Source of the DNA: a virus | Virus record (IMG/VR): IMGVR_UViG_3300017917_004503 | Span: 87,374 to 151,373 of that record | Strand: one strand, 5' to 3' | Length of the DNA: 64,000 nucleotides | Part shown: positions 1 through 10,178 of the stretch, in pieces | Numbering within the stretch: position 1 is the first letter of the stretch | Layout: each line of letters begins with the position of its first letter | The notes under the pieces: model-generated | The model's database searches: none | The model's input: only the letters and a program-made list of their open reading frames with translations | What the model was told of the DNA's origin: nothing | Made by a program: the position numbers and the translations under genes

Positions 1-603
1 TCAAACGACGAAGGCAACGGAACACAGGGGCAAGCAGAGGTTCAGCAAGTTAAAAAAGCTGTGGATCAGATTTCTAAAGATGGAAGTAAACCTAATGCTG
101 AAACCGGTGATCTAATTAAAAAACTTTTGGGCAGTGACGAGTTTAGAAGGCTTCTAAAATTCCAACAATCTTCTAGTTTTCTTGAAAATTATCAAATGCC
201 ATTGAGCTTTCTGACTGGTGCCCCTATAGGTGAATGGCATTTAACAATAGGAAATCCTTGCAACCCAATTGCCATGATAGGTAATTTGGTGTGTACTGAC
301 GTTAAAATAGACTTTACAGAGGTTTTAGGACCTGATGATTTCCCAACCGGAATAAAGGCTACCTTTACATTAGAACACGGAAGAGATCGAGAAAGAGGCG
401 AGATAGAAAGCATCTTTAACCGAGGCGACGGTCGTCTATATCACTCTGCACAGGAAACCTCTGCAAATCAGCAAAGTTTCACTGCATTTGCAGATACTGC
501 AGGCAATGTTTTAACATACGATTCTCCTGGATCTTTAATGGATGGTTTCTGGAACTCTCAATTAAATACTATCCCAGATCAATTGGGACCAAATAACCCT
601 TAA
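1..603 (+). CDS. 5'-truncated virion/baseplate protein (possibly gp48/gp54-like tail-tube initiator fold)
   Basis: Frame is open from base 1 to TAA at 603; HLTIGNP..PIAMIGNLVCTDVKIDF..LGPDDFP segment; immediately upstream of gp53-like and hub genes. Confidence 0.45.
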   Translation, partial: SNDEGNGTQGQAEVQQVKKAVDQISKDGSKPNAETGDLIKKLLGSDEFRRLLKFQQSSSFLENYQMPLSFLTGAPIGEWHLTIGNPCNPIAMIGNLVCTDVKIDFTEVLGPDDFPTGIKATFTLEHGRDRERGEIESIFNRGDGRLYHSAQETSANQQSFTAFADTAGNVLTYDSPGSLMDGFWNSQLNTIPDQLGPNNP

Positions 604-606
604 TTT

Positions 607-1197
607 ATGGCATTAATGATTGATACTATATCTACTAATAAAAAAGTTTTTAACCCGAATCCGGAATTGAATAGTACAGGAAATTATGGGGTTTGGGATT
701 TGACACAAGGTTCTATAACTTATTCTGGGGTTGGTGTTCAAATACAATCTTTGTTCACTGTTACTGAATATCTACAAATGAGACCCGACTTAATTTCACA
801 AATTAAATTATCAGATCAGGGTAAGATGGGATCGCTTTTAAAGTTTAATTCAATCAGTAATCCCTTTTCTCTTAACGAAGGACAAATTTTGGCAATACCC
901 TCAACTAGAACTATTGATGAAAGTTTCAGAGTTAAAAAAATAGAACAGCAATCAGGTACTTCTAACACTAATACAAATCCAGCAAACACTTTTAAGAAAA
1001 ATCAAGAGCAGAAGAAGTTTAAGGTAAGTGAAGGCAGAAAGAAATTCTTGGATGAGAAAGTAAAAAATCCTCCCGGATTAAATTTACCTCCTAATATGTT
1101 ACAACCAGGAGAATCTACAATTCAAAGGGAGAATGGATTTATAATCTTCGCACCAAATGCTGGAGGTGGTGGGAGTAACACGCCTCAAACCAATTAA
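607..1197 (+). CDS. baseplate wedge protein, T4 gp53/LysM-like
   Basis: RPDLIS...LLKFNSISNPFSLNEGQILAIP matches the LysM-like gp53 pattern; baseplate context. Confidence 0.65.
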   Translation: MALMIDTISTNKKVFNPNPELNSTGNYGVWDLTQGSITYSGVGVQIQSLFTVTEYLQMRPDLISQIKLSDQGKMGSLLKFNSISNPFSLNEGQILAIPSTRTIDESFRVKKIEQQSGTSNTNTNPANTFKKNQEQKKFKVSEGRKKFLDEKVKNPPGLNLPPNMLQPGESTIQRENGFIIFAPNAGGGGSNTPQTN

Positions 1198-1217
1198 TAA
1201 CATCTAATTCTGAATAA

Positions 1218-2777
1218 ATGGAAAGAGATTCTATTATTATTTCTGTGATTGCCAATAATAACGTTAAGCTGGATGAACAAAATCAGGTTGATCGAGCTAA
1301 TGGCTCTGTTGATCAGGAAACCCTGAGGAATGCGAATGAAATATCTGCCCAAATAACGGGTTTAAATGTTCCCTTTATTACTATTAATGGTTATTCTGTG
1401 ACCAATTATTTAACTAGGTTTTCTCTAGATCTTTCAGGTTTTTTACCTGTGATGAAATTTTCTTTTATTGCCGCACAAAACGTTTTCATTTCAGTTAACT
1501 ATCCAAAAGATGGAGATCTGGCTTCTCTTTATATGAGATCGCCGGGAGAAATTTATAAACCGATAAGGATGGATTTTAACATCTTGAGTGTTCATAGTGA
1601 AGTTTCCAGTAAGTATTCAGAAACTGGATCTGATCCTGATGGAAAGGGGATTAATTTAAGATTCAATATAGTAGCAGAATGCAGAGTCCCAGGACTTTAT
1701 TCGAATAGAATCAAATCTTATCCAGTTACCAGTTCTTTCGATACCCTTCTACAGGCAGCACAAGAGATAAATTTGGGGTTTGCTTCTAACGAGAAGACAC
1801 TAGAAGATAACATGACTTGGATTTGCCCTAATTATTCTTTTTTTGACTTTTTTCAAGAGGTCTCAATTAGAGCTTTTAAAGACGATCAAACCAGTTTTTT
1901 TGATTGCTGGATTGATCCGTATTATAATTTGAATTTTGTGAATCTGGGTAATCAATTTGCCTATGAAACAGATCCTCAACAAGAAGTAATGTTTCTTCCT
2001 GGATATACCAATAAAGGGTTGAAAGTTGATTCAGGATACCCCGGTTCTAATACACCAGATTTAATTCAAACCAAATTAGTTTTAACAAACTTTTTCGGAT
2101 CAGCAGAGCTTCCTTTTTATATTAACGGATACACTCTAACCTCTAGAGCAGGAAGTAATGTTAATAGCATGGGGTATATTACTGAAATATCTTTTTATGA
2201 TGAAAATATACTTAAAGAAGATCCTAGTCAAAAGTACATTAAATATGACATCGAATCATTTACAACCGAAAATGTTGGAAGTGGAGCAGTCTTACAAAAA
2301 GGAAGAGCCAGAGATAACGAATACAAAGAAGAAAAAAGAAGAGAGTGGTTAGGCGTTTTAAATTCACAAGTCACACCAGACGATGGGGTTCATCCAAACT
2401 ATCTTCATGCAAAGTTTCAAAATCTTGTAAATATAAACGATTGTACAAAACTAACACTGGAAGTTGAACTTGATAATTATTTTCCTGGTATTTATAGAGG
2501 AATGGTAGTTCCCGTCGCAATTTATATTTTTGACGATGGCACTAGAAAACAAAATGCAGGTAACATTTCAAATTCACAAGATAATACTGGTTCTGGTCCA
2601 ACTAAGGATATTTTTTTATCCGGTAACTATGTTGTTATGGGTATGACAGTAAACTGGTCGTTTAGTTCTGGTGGGATGAGACAATATCTTACTTTGGCCA
2701 AAAGAACTTGGTATCTAAATACATCAGGATCTATACCTAAAGCATTTCCTATTTCTGTCAAAAATAACAAATTTTGA
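1218..2777 (+). CDS. putative baseplate hub protein (gp27/gpD-like)
   Basis: 519 aa, lies between gp53-like and gp5-like genes; C-terminal LSGNYVVMGMTVNW...QYLTLAKR is typical of hub proteins. Confidence 0.55.
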   Translation: MERDSIIISVIANNNVKLDEQNQVDRANGSVDQETLRNANEISAQITGLNVPFITINGYSVTNYLTRFSLDLSGFLPVMKFSFIAAQNVFISVNYPKDGDLASLYMRSPGEIYKPIRMDFNILSVHSEVSSKYSETGSDPDGKGINLRFNIVAECRVPGLYSNRIKSYPVTSSFDTLLQAAQEINLGFASNEKTLEDNMTWICPNYSFFDFFQEVSIRAFKDDQTSFFDCWIDPYYNLNFVNLGNQFAYETDPQQEVMFLPGYTNKGLKVDSGYPGSNTPDLIQTKLVLTNFFGSAELPFYINGYTLTSRAGSNVNSMGYITEISFYDENILKEDPSQKYIKYDIESFTTENVGSGAVLQKGRARDNEYKEEKRREWLGVLNSQVTPDDGVHPNYLHAKFQNLVNINDCTKLTLEVELDNYFPGIYRGMVVPVAIYIFDDGTRKQNAGNISNSQDNTGSGPTKDIFLSGNYVVMGMTVNWSFSSGGMRQYLTLAKRTWYLNTSGSIPKAFPISVKNNKF

Positions 2778-2812
2778 TTTCAGGATAAATATTAAAAATA
2801 ATCACCAAGAAA

Positions 2813-5104
2813 TTGCTTGCAACAGATCAACAAAGAAGTTTATTCCTCAAGGGATTTAAACTTTCAAACCAAGGAAAATATGAAGATCCAACTTATCTAG
2901 GATTTAAGATAGTTTTCGATTTCGGAGTTTTACCTGTGAGAGCTGACGATGGGTTAGCTCCAAGTCCTCTTTTTAGGATAGGAAGTTATGAGGATCAACA
3001 ATTTTTTCCTTTAAATCCATTTGCTCAACCACAGTATTCGTATAAGACTGGTCCTAATATAGCTTATTATTCCGCTGCTGAATACCTCAGACAAAGAGAG
3101 CAAAACTTTCCCCGTGGTGGAAAGAGGGCAGATATGTTGATTCAGTTTCGTAATTTATTAAACGATCTTGTTTCAAATTCACCATGGTTTTTACAATCTA
3201 TCGATGGTTTGGACCAATTGGAAAAAGTAGAGCGTCCAGGATTTCCCACATTGGATATCGGTGGTTTTGATCCACAGAGAACAGGTAATAAGGTATTAAC
3301 TTTCAACACTTTAGAGTCTCTGAATTTAAGAATGACTGCTTTAGCTGATCTTTATAATCAGGCTACTTTTGATTATGATAATATGAGGGAACTAGTCCCT
3401 AGGAATCTCCGAAGATTTACGATGTTTATCTTCGTTCAAGAAATTAGAAATTTCTTTAAAACTTCTAGATTGATTGGTTCTTCTGCAGCTTTAACTTCAC
3501 TCAACAATCTATCTGATCTACTGGGAGCAGGTAATAATCCTGGCAGTAATCTCGGAGCAGCTACTAACATAGCGAATCAGTTTGGACAGGAATTTGGTCA
3601 AGCTAATTCTGGTGGTGGAGGACCATTATCTTCTTTTGTAGGTAACGTATTTAATAATTCTGGTGTTGATAATGACTATGCTATATTCACAAATCAGCAG
3701 GATCAAAGCGGGATTAAGCCAATGCTAATCTATGAATGCAGAAATTGTGAATTTGATTTTAGCGACAGTACACCAATACCTAGCTCTATAAACGTTGGTG
3801 TTGATACAGCTACACCTGTTGGACAGAGCTTTAGAATTTTGGTTGGAAAGGTTAGAAAGAAGAGTCAATATCCAAATATCAGGCAAGATGGAAAGCCCTT
3901 AATTCTTGCTGATAGCTGGGATTCTTCTCGCTCGTCTGTTCAAAAAAATCCACAAGACACGAATGACATCTTATCTATTGGCGAAGAGCTTTTAACTAAC
4001 TTTGTAAGTAATTCACTAAACGATCTTATTAACGAAGGTATAAATAATTATGTTCTACCTGCGATTGCAGGAGCAGATAGATTAGCCTTAGGTAATGTTT
4101 ATAGTTTAGATCCTGGACAGATCTTATCAGATCTATCCTTTAACAATGCACAGAATTTTCTAAATCAATTGGGTAACGTCTCTGAAATTTCACTTCCTAA
4201 TCCACAGACTTTAGGACAAGGTGGACCTCCAGAGAGGGTTTATATTAAACCAACTGGTGACGTTTATGCACAGGTTCCAGGAAGAGATCTTGGTGTTCCT
4301 GAAAGAGTTTACGTTAAGCCTAGTGGAGATTCCTATCCTGATGTACCAGGAAGGGATTTAGGGGTTCCTGGAAGAGTTTATAATACTCCATCTGGTGATG
4401 CCTATCCTGATGTTCCTGGTAAGGATCTCGGTGTTCCAGATAGAGTTTACACTCCACCTTCAGGTGATGCCTATCCTGATGTTCCAGGAAGAGATCTTGG
4501 TGTTCCTGATAGAGTTTATCCTTTACCAACTGGTGATGTCTATCCTGATGTTCCAGGAAGAGACCTCGGTGTTCCAGATAGAGTATATCCACCATCAACC
4601 GGAGATGTTTACACCGACGTACCTGGTAGAGATTTAGGTGTTCCTGATAGGGTTTACGGTAAGCCAGGAGGAGATGTTTATTCGAATGTTCCTGGTACAG
4701 ATTTAGGTGTTCCTGATAGAAATTACAATAAACCTCAGGGAAAGGTTTATCCTGATTCCCAGCCTTCTCCTAAATTAGGTGAATCGCAGGTTTATCCTGA
4801 TTTTATTCCATCATCTCCTATCGATATTTCGTCTCAAAGAGTTTATACAGATACTCCAAAAGTTAGTTACAACGGAGAACTGAGAGATGAATCTAATACT
4901 TTCTCGAGTAATCCTGGAAGAGTCTATCCTGTCAACAAACCTTTTTCTGGTCAGAGTAGAGGAGATATCGGAAAGGCTTATCCTGAGACTACAGGAGATT
5001 TCATAATCGAAAAACCTTTAAATCTAGGAAATCTTAAACCAGAAGACAAATATAATATTAGTCTGGGACAAAACAATCCAGATCCTAATCAATTTGAAGA
5101 TTAA
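2813..5104 (+). CDS. virion structural protein with 23-aa Pro-rich tandem repeats
   Basis: 763-aa ORF (TTG start) in the baseplate cluster, preceded by GATAAATA; N-terminal EDPTYLGF and WFLQSIDGL motifs. Confidence 0.55.
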   Translation: MLATDQQRSLFLKGFKLSNQGKYEDPTYLGFKIVFDFGVLPVRADDGLAPSPLFRIGSYEDQQFFPLNPFAQPQYSYKTGPNIAYYSAAEYLRQREQNFPRGGKRADMLIQFRNLLNDLVSNSPWFLQSIDGLDQLEKVERPGFPTLDIGGFDPQRTGNKVLTFNTLESLNLRMTALADLYNQATFDYDNMRELVPRNLRRFTMFIFVQEIRNFFKTSRLIGSSAALTSLNNLSDLLGAGNNPGSNLGAATNIANQFGQEFGQANSGGGGPLSSFVGNVFNNSGVDNDYAIFTNQQDQSGIKPMLIYECRNCEFDFSDSTPIPSSINVGVDTATPVGQSFRILVGKVRKKSQYPNIRQDGKPLILADSWDSSRSSVQKNPQDTNDILSIGEELLTNFVSNSLNDLINEGINNYVLPAIAGADRLALGNVYSLDPGQILSDLSFNNAQNFLNQLGNVSEISLPNPQTLGQGGPPERVYIKPTGDVYAQVPGRDLGVPERVYVKPSGDSYPDVPGRDLGVPGRVYNTPSGDAYPDVPGKDLGVPDRVYTPPSGDAYPDVPGRDLGVPDRVYPLPTGDVYPDVPGRDLGVPDRVYPPSTGDVYTDVPGRDLGVPDRVYGKPGGDVYSNVPGTDLGVPDRNYNKPQGKVYPDSQPSPKLGESQVYPDFIPSSPIDISSQRVYTDTPKVSYNGELRDESNTFSSNPGRVYPVNKPFSGQSRGDIGKAYPETTGDFIIEKPLNLGNLKPEDKYNISLGQNNPDPNQFED
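4232..4750 (+). repeat. coding tandem repeat, 7 full 69-bp units plus a partial unit (xRVYxxPxGDxYPDVPGRDLGVP)
   Basis: Seven DLGVP copies at 23-aa spacing with synonymous divergence. Confidence 0.9.
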
Positions 5105-5106
5105 TT

Positions 5107-5808
5107 ATGCCGAGTGAAAGAGTCTATTTGGGTCAAATCGTAGATAATAAAGATCCCTTATACCAGGGAAGAGCAAGGGTAAATGTTTTTGGTTTTTTCG
5201 ATGGAATACCGACTGAAGATCTACCTTGGGCAGAGCAGATAGCTGGACTTTCCTTTGATGGAGGATTCGGAGGCGGAAATATCTCTATTCCTAGAATAGG
5301 TACTGTTGTTGCTGTTCATTTTGAGGAGAATAATTACTATAAAATGAATTATCACTACATTAAAGAGATCTCTCCTTCGTTATTAGAAGAGCTTAAACAA
5401 GAAAATTCATACGAGGGTACTCAATCAATAGTCTATGACACCGAAGCTCAGCCAGGCACACTTAAAATGATTTATACGAGGAAAAATGGTTTGGTCTTTC
5501 AATTAGGTGATGCAACAATTCAACTTGATACACAGAATGCTGGAACTGATAAAGAAAAACTCAGAATCAAGATAAAGATGAATGATGATGAGATTAGAAT
5601 GGAGAAGAATGCGGGTAAGCAAAAAGTAATTATCAAGTCTGGAAACATAGAGCTAGGTGAAGAAGCTGTTGAAAAAATTATTTTAGGTAGCACCTTTTTG
5701 GATTTCTTTAATAAGCATACACACCCAACCGGGGTTGGACCATCTGGTGTTCCCGTGATACCTATGATAGATCAAGTTCATTTAAGTCAAGTTTCAAAAA
5801 CTAAATAA
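5107..5808 (+). CDS. baseplate central spike, gp5/VgrG-like OB-fold
   Basis: GQIVDNKDPLYQGRARV, LPWA and IPRIGTVVAVHF OB-fold motifs; C-terminal HTH (FNKHTHP) metal-binding tip; no lysozyme domain. Confidence 0.8.
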   Translation: MPSERVYLGQIVDNKDPLYQGRARVNVFGFFDGIPTEDLPWAEQIAGLSFDGGFGGGNISIPRIGTVVAVHFEENNYYKMNYHYIKEISPSLLEELKQENSYEGTQSIVYDTEAQPGTLKMIYTRKNGLVFQLGDATIQLDTQNAGTDKEKLRIKIKMNDDEIRMEKNAGKQKVIIKSGNIELGEEAVEKIILGSTFLDFFNKHTHPTGVGPSGVPVIPMIDQVHLSQVSKTK

Positions 5809-5809
5809 C

Positions 5810-7516
5810 ATGCCAGCTGATTGGGTATCTTTTATAACAAATGTTTCTAATAAACTTGACGGTCAATCCATTCAAGCTTCTTATGATTCTGCGGGTTCAG
5901 ATGTTGATGATTTTGCAACTTATCTGGCACAACAGTATACAAATGCTACAGTCGGTAAAGCACAATCCCCTTACGGCAATACACATGTGAAGGGTAACGA
6001 ATCCATTTTGATAGCAGGATTTTCCGAGGCTTTTAAGAAACTAGAATCCGAAAGATCCCCTACCTTTGAAGAAAAATCCAAAGATCCTAACTATAAAGAT
6101 TTAAAGGAAGAACCAACTGAGCAACAACTTGAATCGGCTAGATCGAAATTTGATCTAGATTTTTTAGCTTGGGCTGAAGAAAATGGTTCAAACATACCGG
6201 ATTTCATATATTCTCAATTTTTTAGTCAATATCCTGGATTTCCCAATACAGAGGAGCAAAGGGTTCTTGAATTAGCTAGAAGAATTATTAATCAATTTGA
6301 CGGAACTTCAGATTATTTACAATGGATATACACTTTAAAGATACAGAATGATGAGTATAAAACTATATCTAGCAAAGTTTATGATAAAATTTTAGAATTA
6401 ACCAAGGGACTAGGGTCTTCTGAGATAAAAGTCGGGGATGAAGTTCAAGGACTTTCTCTTTATCCTTTGAATCCAAACGGAACTGAAAATAGAAATTCTC
6501 CAAATAAGGGCGGTGAATTGATAAGAGGTAAGGTTTCATCTATTAATAAAATTAAAATACCTCTCTTATCAGGATCTAATATTTATTCAGTGACAGTAAA
6601 TTCAAATGGTAAAAACATAGAAAGAATTTTAGTTCCTGATACTATTCAAAAGAAAATTAATGTCTCTGATTTTCGTAATGTTAGAAACGTGAATTTATCT
6701 AAAAAAATCTTACAAGAAGACCATGTATCTGATCCTAGCAGAATACCTAATTATTTGACATCTAAATTCATTACCCGTTTCACATACGATCCAAACAATG
6801 ATAAAAATCTTTTTTATAGGATAATTAGAGCTACGCTAAATTTAGTTAATTATGATGGGGTTCAAAATTCCATAAACCAAAATCTATCTCCGAATAATGT
6901 ACTTTATAGTGGATCTATTACTAAATTTTTAGACGGAGATTTTACTAATGCACAAATACAAGGCGCTAATATTCTAAGTACTCAGTTCCTTAACAATTCT
7001 AGAAATTATAAAGATTCTCTTAGCGTAAATAATTTTCTAGTATCACTTTCCTCTAAAAAATCCACGTCATATTCAGTTGAAGCCTCGAGATTTCTCCAGC
7101 TTAAAAGATCTTACATTGATTATTTAGTTCAAGAATCTAAAATACAGGATGAATCTGTCAATACTGAAGATCCATATTACAAAATGGCTGATAGTGTTAT
7201 AAAATACTGGATTAGTTGTTTACAACAACCTCTTTCTTCGTCTCCTCCTGTACCACCTTGTACAATATTACCGCCATCAAACGGTGTTTATGTTGGTGTA
7301 TATTATGGATCTATAAAAAAACTAGGAGACAGTTTACGCCGTGCATTTAACGATGGCAAAAGTTTCAAGACTGGTAAAACTGGAAAAATAGTTGCAAGTT
7401 CTTTGGCTTCATCTTTCCAAAAGCATTTACTAGAACTAAAATTTATTTATAATGGTGGTATCCCTACAACAGGTGGACCTGTACCAATGTCAGGATTTGT
7501 TTCGTTAGTTTTTTAA
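5810..7516 (+). CDS. hypothetical virion protein
   Basis: 568-aa ORF starting 1 nt after the spike gene stop; no recognised family. Confidence 0.5.
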   Translation: MPADWVSFITNVSNKLDGQSIQASYDSAGSDVDDFATYLAQQYTNATVGKAQSPYGNTHVKGNESILIAGFSEAFKKLESERSPTFEEKSKDPNYKDLKEEPTEQQLESARSKFDLDFLAWAEENGSNIPDFIYSQFFSQYPGFPNTEEQRVLELARRIINQFDGTSDYLQWIYTLKIQNDEYKTISSKVYDKILELTKGLGSSEIKVGDEVQGLSLYPLNPNGTENRNSPNKGGELIRGKVSSINKIKIPLLSGSNIYSVTVNSNGKNIERILVPDTIQKKINVSDFRNVRNVNLSKKILQEDHVSDPSRIPNYLTSKFITRFTYDPNNDKNLFYRIIRATLNLVNYDGVQNSINQNLSPNNVLYSGSITKFLDGDFTNAQIQGANILSTQFLNNSRNYKDSLSVNNFLVSLSSKKSTSYSVEASRFLQLKRSYIDYLVQESKIQDESVNTEDPYYKMADSVIKYWISCLQQPLSSSPPVPPCTILPPSNGVYVGVYYGSIKKLGDSLRRAFNDGKSFKTGKTGKIVASSLASSFQKHLLELKFIYNGGIPTTGGPVPMSGFVSLVF

Positions 7517-7521
7517 AAACC

Positions 7522-7549
7522 GGAACTTATTGGTGGATATATACTAAGA
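7522..7549 (+). promoter_or_regulatory. putative overlapping promoters: GGAAC-N18-TAAGA and GATATATA (7536-7543)
   Basis: Both motifs recur upstream of other genes in the window. Confidence 0.5.
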
Positions 7550-7575
7550 TTGTTTAACTTCTTAATAAAAAAAAT

Positions 7576-8763
7576 ATGACTGATTTTCTCAAAGAAAACG
7601 AACCAAAAACAAACGACTTTAACTGGGACATTCAAAATGGGATCAAACCCAACAAGAAATTGAAGAGAGTTCCTGCAGGATTCAAGGTGTTCTGTCATGA
7701 ACCTTATGCACAGGCTATGCTAGATTCCTACAACCAATTTTTTTCAGGATCCTCCCAAGTTGATGAATATGCTAAGGATTTATCCGAAGGTATGGTTTAT
7801 TCTTGTAGGATTGTAGTTCTGAAAGAAGACGAGGCACTAGCACAAACTTCGACAGGACAAACTATCTACATTGATCTAAAGAAAGAGAAAAAAGACGCGG
7901 AAAAGCTCAATATTAGCGGCTTAACATTTAACATCGGAGATACAGTTCAGGCTAGGATTAGAGTTTCTAATTCTAACTATTATGGTTCTGTTATTGAATA
8001 TTATATCCACAGCTTGAGACTGGAACTTTTTGAACAAATCAAAAAAGAAAACAGTGCTTATAGAGTAAAAATCGAAAGCATAAATAAGGGCGGATACATC
8101 GTAGATCTTTCTGGTATTAAGTGCTTCTTACCAGGTTCGTTAGCTGCGGCAAACAGAATTACCGATTTTGAATCATATTTAGGTAAAGAAATCCATGTTA
8201 TGATCGAGGGATATGTTGAGTCTAAGGACATTTTTATAGTTTCTTACAAGAAGTATCTTAGTAAAATTATGGAATCTAAGATACAAGAGCTTGATTTAAC
8301 TAAAAAATATAAAGGATTCGTTACTGGAACTAGTGAGTTTGGAGTTTTTGTTGAATGGGAGGAAGTTTACACTGGTCTTATTCATAAAACAGAATTCTTA
8401 GAGGATTCTGAGCTTACTTCAATCCATCCTGGAGACGAGATTGAATTTTACGTTAAAGAGATCAAGGATAACAATCGTCTTACTTTAACTCTAGAGAAAC
8501 CTTTAGAAAGAAATGTAATTATCCAAGATTTAGATAATCAAATTAAAGAAGGATCTATTGAACCACAAGAAGCGCGTATTAAGCACAGAAGAAAAAATGG
8601 AATTCTCGTTGACTTAATTAATCTTGGATTAATGGCCTTAGTCCCTCAGGAAAAGATTGGAAAGAAATCTAAGAATCTTAAACCTGGGGATGATCTGCTA
8701 GTTTTAGTTTATGAAGTTGAACCTTCTAGCGGAAAAATTTACGCTAGAACATTCAATGACTGA
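7576..8763 (+). CDS. rpsA: 30S ribosomal protein S1-like, multiple S1 domains
   Basis: S1 repeats (NKGGYIVDLSGIKCFLPGS; GFVTGTSEFGVFVE...TGLIHKTE); N-terminal DFNWD resembles Bacteroidota RpsA; shorter than cellular S1. Confidence 0.8.
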   Translation: MTDFLKENEPKTNDFNWDIQNGIKPNKKLKRVPAGFKVFCHEPYAQAMLDSYNQFFSGSSQVDEYAKDLSEGMVYSCRIVVLKEDEALAQTSTGQTIYIDLKKEKKDAEKLNISGLTFNIGDTVQARIRVSNSNYYGSVIEYYIHSLRLELFEQIKKENSAYRVKIESINKGGYIVDLSGIKCFLPGSLAAANRITDFESYLGKEIHVMIEGYVESKDIFIVSYKKYLSKIMESKIQELDLTKKYKGFVTGTSEFGVFVEWEEVYTGLIHKTEFLEDSELTSIHPGDEIEFYVKEIKDNNRLTLTLEKPLERNVIIQDLDNQIKEGSIEPQEARIKHRRKNGILVDLINLGLMALVPQEKIGKKSKNLKPGDDLLVLVYEVEPSSGKIYARTFND

Positions 8764-10162
8764 TAATAGAAATCATTTTGATAAACTCAATGCACTAAGC
8801 TCTTCTTTAATAGGATTCGAGTTTGAATTCTATACAAATATGATGAAGGGCAAAGTTGCTGATTCTTTGTCAAAACTTCTAAACAAAAAAGTTCAGGTAT
8901 CGGAGAAATATCACTCAAAATTACCTGTAGACGCTAATACTTTTAAACTGGAGCCTGATTATTCGGGAGGTAGCAACATGATGGAATTCATTACTGGACC
9001 TCTCCCGTATAATGAGGCTATTCCTGTTTTAATAAAGTCACTTAATTGGATCGATGAAAACGGATGGACCAATGACAGATGTGCGTTTCAATTTTCTGTG
9101 AGCTTTGATAAATTCAGAAGGGACGTTAAAGACAGAATAGAAAATCTAGATAAATTAAAATTTATTCTAGGCCTGGATGAGGGATTAATTTATTCGAAGT
9201 TTGGTAACAGAAATAAAAATGTTTATGCTAAATCTATTAAAAGGGTAGTACCTAGAAATAGATTTTCTGTAGTTGAAAATATAACTACTATTGACCCCAA
9301 GATGTTTAAAATTCCTGAGGATAAGTATTATGGCGTCAATTTTACGAAAGCACCCAAAGGATATCTGGAGTTTCGCTACTTAGGTAATAGAGACTACCAG
9401 AAAAAAACTAAAGATATAAGGGAAATAATAGATTATGTTATTCTTTATCTCTATGATCTCCTTAGCCACAGAATTTCTGGATATACGAAGGAAGATTTAA
9501 AGAAATTGCAAGAACTTATGAACCAATACACAAAGGTTGTAAGATCGTTTAGCAATCCAGATTTCTTTTTCAGAAACTACCCAGATTTTCATGTCTTTGT
9601 TGATTTAAAGGGCTGGGATGAGAATATTAAAACATATTTTCCTGTCATAAGGGATAAGATCTTTGATATAATAGTGGAGGGAAACGTTAAATCTTGTTAT
9701 TTTAACTATGACACTACAACAGGTAGATACCAGTTAAAAGAAGCTAGAAGTAGAGAAGCTTTTATATTAGAAGACTTGGATCTCATTTCATGTGACATAA
9801 AAAATGGAATTGTTAAGAATTGTAACATATACGGTTCGAACATTAAAAAATCTTCTTTAGAAGATTGTAATGTTGTTTCCGATAACACTATCAAATCTTC
9901 AAAAATTAAAAATACTATATTAGGTTTTAAAAATGAAGTAGAGGATAGCTTTATCGATTGTGAAGGTAAGAATATCAACTGTAAAATAATAGGCGGTGTT
10001 TTTAGAGCTGGTAATGTTGGAGATCTAGCCGAAATTAGTAAAGAAACACTTAAAGTTAAGGGCTGGGAAGATTTTAGAAAACAGAGATTTGTTACAGATA
10101 GCAGATTAAAGAATTCTAATGATAAATACAATGTTTCCAAATTCGGAAACATGAATTTCTAA
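8756..10162 (+). CDS. putative amidoligase (COOH-NH2 ligase type 2) with C-terminal beta-helix-like repeats
   Basis: GFEFEF, LEPDYSGG..MEFITGPL, KYYGVN and LEFR motifs; IKNC/IKKS/IKSS repeats; ATG at 8756 preferred over 8711. Confidence 0.65.
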   Translation: MTDNRNHFDKLNALSSSLIGFEFEFYTNMMKGKVADSLSKLLNKKVQVSEKYHSKLPVDANTFKLEPDYSGGSNMMEFITGPLPYNEAIPVLIKSLNWIDENGWTNDRCAFQFSVSFDKFRRDVKDRIENLDKLKFILGLDEGLIYSKFGNRNKNVYAKSIKRVVPRNRFSVVENITTIDPKMFKIPEDKYYGVNFTKAPKGYLEFRYLGNRDYQKKTKDIREIIDYVILYLYDLLSHRISGYTKEDLKKLQELMNQYTKVVRSFSNPDFFFRNYPDFHVFVDLKGWDENIKTYFPVIRDKIFDIIVEGNVKSCYFNYDTTTGRYQLKEARSREAFILEDLDLISCDIKNGIVKNCNIYGSNIKKSSLEDCNVVSDNTIKSSKIKNTILGFKNEVEDSFIDCEGKNINCKIIGGVFRAGNVGDLAEISKETLKVKGWEDFRKQRFVTDSRLKNSNDKYNVSKFGNMNF

Positions 10163-10178
10163 AATTAAACATCTAAAA

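Noticed and set aside
4232-4750. Regularly spaced DNA repeats resembling a CRISPR array
   Set aside because: Units are 69 bp, in frame, vary at synonymous positions and have no unique spacers, so this is a protein repeat
8711-8755. Longer N-terminus for the amidoligase from the ORF track
   Set aside because: It would overlap the S1 gene by 53 nt; ATG at 8756 gives a typical short overlap
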